Positions 18,173 to 25,524 of a DNA stretch of 25,524 nt are shown in pieces (within the stretch, counting starts at the first letter, position 1; each line of letters starts with the position of its first letter). Location: the NCBI GenBank assembly GCA_964447495.1, contig CAYUTF010000020.1:17007-42530 (forward strand), given 5' to 3'. The notes under the pieces were generated by a model. That model was not told the origin of the DNA. It worked only from the letters and a program-made list of their open reading frames with translations, and did not search any database. A program made the translations under genes and the position numbers. Origin of the DNA: an uncultured archaeon. GTDB lineage: Archaea > Asgardarchaeota > Lokiarchaeia > Sigyniarchaeales > SOKP01.

Positions 18173-18466
18173 ATTTTTAATGAGCCACTTATTTATTAAA
18201 CCACTTTTTTTCTCAATAAAACGAAAAATAATTTTTCACTATTTAGATTATATCTAATCCTTAGAATATAATAAAATTTTTTTGCAAATGTTTTTCCTCT
18301 TATAAAAGAAAGAAGTTTACCAATTAAAAAAATAGTCAACTGATATCATTTAAGAGGATTGAAATAATTTCATTCTTTATCTTCTATTAATTGTCAAAAT
18401 AGGTTGCATTATATCAATTAAAATTGAATTATATTCTTTCTAAAATAGAAAAACTTTACTTTGATA

Positions 18467-19132
18467 ATGATTAAAGAAATAGAGCTCCAATATCAAAAGA
18501 TACTGGAATATATTCCTAACACCGTAACTATTGAGAATAGCATTTCTCATATTGAAATAAAATTAAATAGAGGACTAGTTTTGGAAATAGACTATTCTAA
18601 ATATCCTAAAAGGCCAAAAGTTACCTTGATTAACCAATCTGGGAAAGTGTATAAAAATATAAATAATGAAATCATATCTTTAAAAAATTGGAATAAAAAC
18701 AATACAAAATCTGTTTTAAAAGTTATTAATGAAATTATTCTTACTATTGAGAGACTCCAATCAAATGTAGCCTATATAAAAAGAGAACTATTAGATGGAT
18801 TTTTAGAGCTATGTCGAGTGCATCATCCAAAAGAATTTTTAGGAATTCTTAAAATGGAACAACATATCTTTACAGAATTTATATTGCCACCAGGTGCAAT
18901 CACTTCAAGAAGTTCAAGTGTATTTTTTCCAAGCAGACTCCCAATAAATCGATATTATCAAGGAACAATTCATTCACATCCATCCGGAAATTTGAATCCA
19001 TCTCTACAAGATTTGAATGGTGCATTTAAAGGAAATACCTATAATTTTATCGTAGGATTTCCGTATACCTTGAAGCAAATTAAATGTTATGACAAAAATG
19101 GCTCACAGCTTCAATTTAAGGTGATTAATTAA
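18467..19132 (+). CDS. JAMM/MPN+ metallo-isopeptidase with an N-terminal UBC/UEV-like domain
   Basis: The C-terminal half has an intact JAMM signature: Glu in HPKEFLG, then HSHPSGNLNPSLQD (HxH-x7-S-x2-D), and VGFPY. The N-terminal ~95 aa has YPKRPKV and LKNW...SVLKVINEI, E2/UEV-like, with no Cys. ATG at 18467 is preferred; TTG at 18461 is the alternative. Confidence 0.8.
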   Translation: MIKEIELQYQKILEYIPNTVTIENSISHIEIKLNRGLVLEIDYSKYPKRPKVTLINQSGKVYKNINNEIISLKNWNKNNTKSVLKVINEIILTIERLQSNVAYIKRELLDGFLELCRVHHPKEFLGILKMEQHIFTEFILPPGAITSRSSSVFFPSRLPINRYYQGTIHSHPSGNLNPSLQDLNGAFKGNTYNFIVGFPYTLKQIKCYDKNGSQLQFKVIN

Positions 19133-19200
19133 CAAATAATTACTTTTTCAAATCCATCTTATGGATTTAAAGAGATATTAAAAAAAAAATTAAAAATGAT

Positions 19201-19407
<207 letters not shown>

Positions 19408-19489
19408 TTAAAATAAACTAATCTTTTTTAGATTATCCCATGAGGAATAAGTCTAAACCTAAGAGATATCAATAATTTAAATAATTCAA

Positions 19490-20038
19490 TTACTTAAGTT
19501 CTAAACAATACTTCTTATATAATGTATTTATAATTTCATTAAATGCGTCTACCACTCCCTTACCAGTCTTAGCAGAAGTTAAAAAGAAATTAAGAAATTT
19601 ATTTTGTTTTACCAAGTTTTTAACATCTGAGCTATTATAGTTAGATAAATTAATCAGATCTACCTTATTGGCAAATATGACTACAGGAATAGTACCACAA
19701 TAATTTTTTAACTCCTCATACCAATCAATTAAATGTGCAAAGCTTTTTTTACCTAATTCATTTGTTTCAAGGCTATATACAATAATTGCTGCTTTAACCT
19801 CTTTATAAAACAAGTGCTTTAGAAAATTAAAATCATCTTGACCAGCAATATCCCAAAATACTAATCTAATTATATTTCCATCAAATTTCTTATTATATCT
19901 TGAAAATTGAGCACCAATAGTTTTCACATAATCCTTTTCAAATGTTCCTTTCGTGAATTTTTTAATTAAGGAAGTTTTACCTACTGCTCCATCTCCAACG
20001 AGAACTATCTTAAATCGATATATTTCAGAAGTATTCAT
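19490..20038 (-). CDS. Rab-like small GTPase (Ras superfamily)
   Basis: FKIVLVGDGAVGKTSL (G1), YVKTIGAQF (G2/RabF1-like), WDIAGQ (G3), NKVD (G4), TSAK (G5). Confidence 0.92.
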   Translation of the reverse strand: MNTSEIYRFKIVLVGDGAVGKTSLIKKFTKGTFEKDYVKTIGAQFSRYNKKFDGNIIRLVFWDIAGQDDFNFLKHLFYKEVKAAIIVYSLETNELGKKSFAHLIDWYEELKNYCGTIPVVIFANKVDLINLSNYNSSDVKNLVKQNKFLNFFLTSAKTGKGVVDAFNEIINTLYKKYCLELK

Positions 20039-20140
20039 TAGATTTCCAAGTCTTAATAAAATTTTGATTTATTTCTAGGGAAGATTAGGATTAGTTTAAT
20101 ATAAAATTTTTGTAAGCAGTAGTGATTAAAATATGTAGTA

Positions 20141-22093
20141 TTACTTATTTTTCCTCTCAATAAAGATCTCTCTTATCAACGATTCAAGTGATGGAATACT
20201 ATTTATTTGAACGGTTTTATTCTTTTGGAGATATTTATCTAAAGTTCGCCAAATATGCTTATCACTTCGTAAAGATTCAAGGAAATTTTTAATTTTATTA
20301 TAGGCAAAATAAGAGTGCCCTTTAAAGATATAACACACTAAAAATGGTTTAAGGGGCATCATAAGAAGCGAGTATTGCCCAAAAATAGCACGATCAAGAC
20401 CTTCAGAAAATACCTCAGTAATAAAATAATTTATTGAAGTAAGAAAGCCTCCTAAGATATCATCCTCGAAAGAAAAATCTTCTACAAATTTTTTAGAGAA
20501 TAAAAGATTCCCCCCATCCGTTAAGATTAATAATATAACAGGATCTTCTTTTGATACCTCTGGAACTTCAATCATTCGTTTTTTTACCATATTTTCCATT
20601 TGCTCATTCAAACCAGTAAGCTCCAAACGTTCAGACAGAGATACTTCTGAAATATTCAAACTATCCCACATTTTAGTTTGTTTGAGTAGTTTATCATGCT
20701 CGTATGAAATTTTCATTGCTAATCGTTTCATACCATATGATTCTGCTATATTTTGAGCTTGAGTTAAAAATCGACGAGCTGATTTCGAATCATTTTCTAA
20801 TAAGGCTAGTTTAGCACGTAATATAAACGCTTCACAAAAAACTAGAAATGAATGTTGGCTTTCAGCAATATCCAATAGCCTGGAAATAGAATAATTAAGT
20901 TCATTAAGTACCTCATCATTATTCTCTATACGATATTCCGTGAGAAGTATATCACAAAGATGGATATGAGCTTTTATAATAAGATCAAAGTATATAGTAT
21001 CAGTATCTATAAGTTCCTTGAATAATTCCTCTGCTTTTGCTTTATCTCGAATTCGAGGACTTGTTTTTAAAATTAGGGCTTTATTAAATTTATAAAGAAA
21101 TTCAATTCTATCATCTCTTTTTTGGTTATGAATTTCTTCCATGTGATGAAAATATTTTTGAGCATGTTCGGCATCTCCATTTCCAATAGCTAAGGTTATT
21201 AAACTTTCAATAGGTGTTTCTATATCAAACAAACTATGAGGATTCTGCGCGTAAAGATTTAAACTCTCCTCTAGATGTTCTAATGCAAGTTCATATTCAC
21301 CCATTTCACCATATAAAATCCCTATATTATTTAATAGAAATGCAATATGAGCATTATTCTTCATCTTTTTGAATAATTCTAGACTCTTCATGTTATATTT
21401 CACGCTTTTATCCATTTCGCCAATAGAAGAATAATATGCTCCTAAAAAGATTTGACACAGAGCAATCCAGAAGTGATTAAATTTAATTTCCTTCGCTAGA
21501 GATAATGCTTTTTTGAAGTGCTTCCTACTAAGAACAAAATTGCTTTTTACTCGCACTAAATAACTTCCCATTAGAAGATTAGCCCAGACAATTTCGTATG
21601 ATTTATTGAATTTTTCTTCTGATTCTAAGATCCACTCTAAAGACTTCTCAACCAAATCTACTCTACCACCAAACAATCCAACATAGGCGTTTACTACACT
21701 TAGACGAAGTTTTCTTTGCGTTATAATTCCTTTAGACACATTTGAAATAGACCTCATTACTGACTTAGCTTTTTCAAGAAGTTTGAACGCCTCCTCAAAT
21801 TTACCAGTTATAACCAATCCAATAATAATAAAATATAATCCATCAAAAGATTGGATATTATCATTACATTTTTGACCTTCTTTATAAATTATCTCACCTA
21901 AATTAGTGAGATCTTCCCCTCTATTAAGATAAAAGAGAATTAGACCCTTAAGAAATTGAAAATGAGTTTTTTGCTGAAGGTTAAGTCCCTCAAAATGGCT
22001 TTCATCACTTAGTATATCAAAAGCTTCATGAAGCTTGCCAGTATCAAAAAGTTCTTCAGCCAGCTTTAGCTGATTTAGCTTCGAATAAGACAT
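20141..22093 (-). CDS. TPR-repeat protein with C-terminal longin-like domain
   Basis: TPR-like helices (LNNIGILYGEMGEYELALEHLEESL; LGAYYSSIGEMDKSVKY). The C-terminal PVILLILTDGGNLLFSKKF...DILGGFLTSINYFITEVF...DRAIFGQYSLLM...FLVCYIFKG fits the longin beta-beta-alpha-beta-beta-beta-alpha pattern. Confidence 0.8.
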   Translation of the reverse strand: MSYSKLNQLKLAEELFDTGKLHEAFDILSDESHFEGLNLQQKTHFQFLKGLILFYLNRGEDLTNLGEIIYKEGQKCNDNIQSFDGLYFIIIGLVITGKFEEAFKLLEKAKSVMRSISNVSKGIITQRKLRLSVVNAYVGLFGGRVDLVEKSLEWILESEEKFNKSYEIVWANLLMGSYLVRVKSNFVLSRKHFKKALSLAKEIKFNHFWIALCQIFLGAYYSSIGEMDKSVKYNMKSLELFKKMKNNAHIAFLLNNIGILYGEMGEYELALEHLEESLNLYAQNPHSLFDIETPIESLITLAIGNGDAEHAQKYFHHMEEIHNQKRDDRIEFLYKFNKALILKTSPRIRDKAKAEELFKELIDTDTIYFDLIIKAHIHLCDILLTEYRIENNDEVLNELNYSISRLLDIAESQHSFLVFCEAFILRAKLALLENDSKSARRFLTQAQNIAESYGMKRLAMKISYEHDKLLKQTKMWDSLNISEVSLSERLELTGLNEQMENMVKKRMIEVPEVSKEDPVILLILTDGGNLLFSKKFVEDFSFEDDILGGFLTSINYFITEVFSEGLDRAIFGQYSLLMMPLKPFLVCYIFKGHSYFAYNKIKNFLESLRSDKHIWRTLDKYLQKNKTVQINSIPSLESLIREIFIERKNK

Positions 22094-22292
22094 AATATTG
22101 ACTGATATAGATTAAACCTTATGAAATTACTAAGTTAATCATTATTTTAAATATAATGTAAAAAAAGTTGCTATTAATTTAATATGTGTTTAGGCAGAAT
22201 CAATACAAGAAGGACTCTAAAACTAGACTAATAGTTTCTATATACTTACATAAAAAATAAAAAGAAAAGAAAATTTTTTTAATTTATGGCGT

Positions 22293-22685
22293 TTAGCTTC
22301 TCTGTTTGATGTAAGAGATAATTCCAAGCGCTGAAAGTAAAGCCTCTACAGTTATATTAAAGAGATGTACCATCGTCACAGCTTGAGAAGTGGGGCTTAA
22401 TATAGCAAATACAGTAACTTCAAGGATTAATGACGATATAATTAATGCTAACATATACTCAAATAGAAATTTAATTTCTTCCCATTCCTTTTTGCGAAGC
22501 ATTAATATTGCGAAAATTGCAGATATGTAAATAACTCCCCCATACAATCTTGGGAGATAGGGATTTGTCCAACCCTCAGGATTCATGGTTATATCAAATA
22601 GAAATGTAAGGAATGTCCCAAACATGAACCAGAGAATAGTATCCACTATAAGTACAATTTTTGTTAATTTTTTAATTTCGGTCAT
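22293..22685 (-). CDS. Small integral membrane protein (about 4 TM helices)
   Basis: Four hydrophobic stretches in 130 aa; ATG start. Confidence 0.75.
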   Translation of the reverse strand: MTEIKKLTKIVLIVDTILWFMFGTFLTFLFDITMNPEGWTNPYLPRLYGGVIYISAIFAILMLRKKEWEEIKFLFEYMLALIISSLILEVTVFAILSPTSQAVTMVHLFNITVEALLSALGIISYIKQRS

Positions 22686-22722
22686 TTTTTTATCAACTCA
22701 ATTTATCTTTTATTGTATTTTT

Positions 22723-22739
22723 ATCATCAAATTGACGAA
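22723..22739. promoter_or_regulatory. Candidate operator, ATCATCA-AAT-TGACGAA
   Basis: Near-palindrome about 38 nt upstream of the ATG at 22685. It resembles the perfect palindrome at 23516-23532. Confidence 0.4.
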
Positions 22740-22805
22740 AAATTAAAAAAAAAAGATGATATAATATATTTTTTATCTGATATGATTGACGATGTGTGTT
22801 AGTAT

Positions 22806-23495
22806 CTATATTTCCCAGGATTTTGTCAAATAGGATATCGGACCAATCGGTAATTGCGTTGGACCATCCGGCGTTTGAACTATAATACCGCATAATACCG
22901 CAGTAAGGACCCATGCTCCTCCTGGCAAAGTTTCAACTGGATTTGTATCGGATCCTGGGAGGTCTTCTTCGGGATCATATATACAATATTCAGCTGTAGG
23001 GCTTAGAAGCATTAACATCGGTGCTGGTACGAATTTTCCTTCAGTATTTGGCATGGTAATTGGAAACCAATTTCGATATGTTATAGGGTAATTGGTATCA
23101 GTAGTCTTAAACACTCCCTCACCCATGACCAACCAAACGTTAATAAACCAGACCTGAAAGACTGGACAAAAGAAATAGTAATGTTTCGTTTCAAGGAATC
23201 CATCTTTGAGCATCCCAATCATCGTATACACTTTTTTCCCTGATTCATCATAGATTCTTTGATGGAAAACTACCTTCATCGATGTGATCTCATCATCTTT
23301 ACCGAATTTAATCGTCCCTACGATAAGATTAGTAGCATTAATATCTAGATCATCTCCTATTGCCATGAATAAGACGCGATTAGAACCAGCAGCCATCACC
23401 GGTGTAATAATTGCTATGATACCTATTAAAAAAGATGCCGTGATCAATGTTTTGGTCAGTTTTGAATTCTTTTTCACTATCATTTTCATCTTCAT
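22806..23495 (-). CDS. Secreted/exported hypothetical protein
   Basis: Basic N-terminus (KKNSKLTK), hydrophobic core (LITASFLIGIIAIITPV) and a VMA-A signal peptidase-like site. The mature part appears beta-rich. The start could be any of three Met codons. Confidence 0.72.
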   Translation of the reverse strand: MKMKMIVKKNSKLTKTLITASFLIGIIAIITPVMAAGSNRVLFMAIGDDLDINATNLIVGTIKFGKDDEITSMKVVFHQRIYDESGKKVYTMIGMLKDGFLETKHYYFFCPVFQVWFINVWLVMGEGVFKTTDTNYPITYRNWFPITMPNTEGKFVPAPMLMLLSPTAEYCIYDPEEDLPGSDTNPVETLPGGAWVLTAVLCGIIVQTPDGPTQLPIGPISYLTKSWEI

Positions 23496-23515
23496 TTTAT
23501 TTTAGTTCTAATTTC

Positions 23516-23532
23516 ATCATCAAAATGATGAT
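23516..23532. promoter_or_regulatory. Candidate operator, perfect palindrome ATCATCA-AAA-TGATGAT
   Basis: Seven-bp perfect inverted repeat with a 3-nt spacer, 21-33 nt upstream of the possible starts of the secreted-protein gene. Confidence 0.45.
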
Positions 23533-23565
23533 TAATGAAAAGTATAGATATATATCCATTTATAG

Positions 23566-23609
23566 TTCCACTTCCGATAATTCCACGAAAATTACGAAAT
23601 ATTGTGGAA
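23566..23609. promoter_or_regulatory. TTCCAC repeat cluster in the divergent promoter
   Basis: TTCCAC at 23566 and 23581, a TTCCGA variant between them, and the inverted copy GTGGAA at 23604-23609 (TTCCAC-N17-GTGGAA). Confidence 0.4.
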
Positions 23610-23684
23610 GTCTCGAAAAATAGATATAAATAGATGTCTTCCCACTTTATACCTATTGAATGAATTATTTTATTATAACAGATA

Positions 23685-25524
23685 ATGGGAAAACTAAATT
23701 ATCCGCCTAAAGAGATTCTTAATCCTTCGGAACTGCAAAGAAGAAATTATAACCAAATAATTCTTTGGATGCTAGCAAATAATGAAAGTTGTGAATGGTC
23801 TAATTTTGAACAAAAGCCAATTGAAATTCCAATTTCCACATTATCGCGTCATTTAACGACATTAATTCTTAAAGGGTTTATAGAAAAATTTTCGAGAGGA
23901 AATTATAAGATAACCTTAAAGGGAAAAAAAAGATTTCTCGAACTCTCAAGTGAAACAAAAAAGACACGAAAGTTAAATTATCCACCTGATATAATCTTAA
24001 AAAGAGGTAGGAACTATTCTCATTGGATTTTGTGGATGATCTATAATAATGGATATTGCAAAAGAACTGACTTTCTTAAGGAATCTTTCTCTATAAATCA
24101 ATCCTCACTATCAAGAAGTATTAGTGCATTAGTTCAAAAAGGTTCTATAATAAAAGAAAATAAACGCTACATTATAACTAAAGCGGGTAAATCAGAATAT
24201 GCGAGGATTTTGCAGCACTATGATTTAGACAGACAAACAATTTTAGAGGAGGAGAGAAAGCGGATTGATGATATTACCTCAAAAACAAAACAATTTTTTG
24301 AAAAATTTAATATAACTGATGAGCGTGTTAAATATAGATTTCTCAATAACCTGTTAAACTTAGATTATTCAAAAGTTGAAACCATCTTAAAAGTTGAAGA
24401 GAATTTCTATAAGATTTTACTCTTCATATCAATAAATCATCCAGACTTCTGTCCTGATTACTTTTCTATTGAGGATTTTTCACAATTTTACGATATAAAG
24501 AAGAGAATTTTAGATTTCTGGGTAAAGGAAATTGTAGATAGCGACTTGTATGATTTAAAATTTTTTAAATTAGAACCCTCTTCTAATCAATTTTACTATT
24601 TTCATTTGGATGAAAAAATAGAGAAGGTTCTTCGAGCAATTACTGAAGATCATATTGCAACGAATAAATATTTAGAAAAATTTGGGAGTTTAGGGAGCTT
24701 AAATTCTACTATAGAGGATATTCTTGAAGAACTCTGTAATACTATATTCAACAAACATTTTAAGGAATCATTGAGAGAATTTTTACCAAGATATATAAAA
24801 CACCTAGCATATAAAATTGAGGTTAAAAAAGAAATAATAAGCCCATATGATAAGCTTGAAGGTATAATTTGGCAGGACATGGTAGATATTATACAATCCC
24901 AGAATTCTGAAATGTTAGAATATCAGTTTGATAAATTAATTAAAGATATTGATAAAGAAATCGATTTGAGCTTAAAAAATTATAAATTATATAATTCAAA
25001 AATACGAATTCTTCTCTATTTTAACCAATACGACGAAGTTTTAATGGTATTAAAGAAAATGAAGGAATTGTTTCCTGAAAATGAAATCGATATTATGATA
25101 AAAAAGGCATATACCCTTAGAAGAGATAAAAAGTTGGAGGAAGGACTAAAGATTATTGAGGATTTAATTAAAAAATATCCTGAAGATGATTCTCTTTATA
25201 ATTATAAAGCATATTGGTTATCTTATTTAGGCAAAAAAGAAGAGGCATTGAAAATTCTCCGCAGACTAACAAAAAATGAACCAAATAAAGGAATTTACCA
25301 TGATACATACGGAGAAATCCTAATGACTTTTAAAGAGTATGAAAAAGCCATAAAGGAGTTCGAAAAAGCGATAGAAATTGATTCCAATGATTGGTTTATC
25401 TACCAGACTTATATCAAAATTGGAATTTGTTATGCGGCGCTTGAAAATATTGAATTAGCAATTCAAAATCTTAAGATAGGAAAAGAATTAACAAGAAAAA
25501 TTATAAGTGATTTGGAATCTAAAA
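23685..25524 (+). CDS. Tandem winged-helix (2x wHTH) + TPR protein, putative regulator (3' end runs off the window; not in the ORF track)
   Basis: Manual translation from ATG 23685 stays open for more than 610 codons. Repeat 1: KLNYPP..RNYNQIILWMLANN..IPISTLSRHLTTLILKGFIEK..YKITLKGK. Repeat 2: KLNYPP..RNYSHWILWMIYNN..INQSSLSRSISALVQKGSIIK..YIITKAGK. C-terminal TPRs: YNYKAYWLSYLGKKEEAL; YHDTYGEILMTFKEYEKAIKEFEKAIEID. Confidence 0.85.
   Translation, partial: MGKLNYPPKEILNPSELQRRNYNQIILWMLANNESCEWSNFEQKPIEIPISTLSRHLTTLILKGFIEKFSRGNYKITLKGKKRFLELSSETKKTRKLNYPPDIILKRGRNYSHWILWMIYNNGYCKRTDFLKESFSINQSSLSRSISALVQKGSIIKENKRYIITKAGKSEYARILQHYDLDRQTILEEERKRIDDITSKTKQFFEKFNITDERVKYRFLNNLLNLDYSKVETILKVEENFYKILLFISINHPDFCPDYFSIEDFSQFYDIKKRILDFWVKEIVDSDLYDLKFFKLEPSSNQFYYFHLDEKIEKVLRAITEDHIATNKYLEKFGSLGSLNSTIEDILEELCNTIFNKHFKESLREFLPRYIKHLAYKIEVKKEIISPYDKLEGIIWQDMVDIIQSQNSEMLEYQFDKLIKDIDKEIDLSLKNYKLYNSKIRILLYFNQYDEVLMVLKKMKELFPENEIDIMIKKAYTLRRDKKLEEGLKIIEDLIKKYPEDDSLYNYKAYWLSYLGKKEEALKILRRLTKNEPNKGIYHDTYGEILMTFKEYEKAIKEFEKAIEIDSNDWFIYQTYIKIGICYAALENIELAIQNLKIGKELTRKIISDLESK

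Noticed and set aside
19490-19510. C-terminal Cys of the Rab-like GTPase (KKYCLELK) as a prenylation signal
   Set aside because: The Cys is fifth from the end, so it is not CAAX, CC or CXC, and there is no hypervariable tail.
22693-23505. 73-aa ORFs at 22693-22914 and 23284-23505
   Set aside because: They overlap the secreted-protein gene out of frame or antisense, and run into low-complexity intergenic DNA.
24650-24880. 76-aa minus-strand ORF
   Set aside because: Antisense to the long wHTH-TPR reading frame.

Overview
This is an AT-rich, gene-dense archaeal chromosomal window. Its content strongly suggests an Asgard archaeon of the Lokiarchaeia type: H4MPT C1 enzymes occur together with Rag-like and Rab-like small GTPases, a TPR-longin protein and a UEV-like/JAMM protein. 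The left two-thirds is mostly metabolic. It holds ftr (partial, absent from the ORF track), mtd, a Rag/Gtr-like GTPase with a roadblock-like tail, apt, gcvT-H-PA-PB, two divergent MTA phosphorylases, a beta-CASP RNase, a RecJ/Cdc45-like DHH protein and mch. The right third holds hypotheticals, a PNPOx-like protein, a methylmalonyl-CoA mutase large subunit, a DUF35 Zn-ribbon/OB protein, a UEV-like-JAMM fusion, an unannotated thiolase 3' pseudogene fragment, a Rab-like GTPase, a TPR-longin protein, a membrane protein, a secreted protein and a partial tandem-wHTH/TPR regulator (also absent from the ORF track). There are five main leads. (1) A glycine cleavage operon is bracketed by the H4MPT enzymes that would process its methylene product. 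(2) A catalytically dead E2/UEV-like domain is fused to a JAMM isopeptidase that appears inserted into a decayed thiolase-DUF35 junction. (3) One MTAP carries a C4 zinc-ribbon insertion and sits head-to-head with a human-like MTAP. (4) A TPR-longin gene lies next to a Rab-like GTPase gene. (5) Palindromic and repeated operator-like motifs surround the double-wHTH regulator. No rRNA, tRNA, CRISPR array or transposase was recognised. All family calls are from motif recognition by eye; no searches were run.
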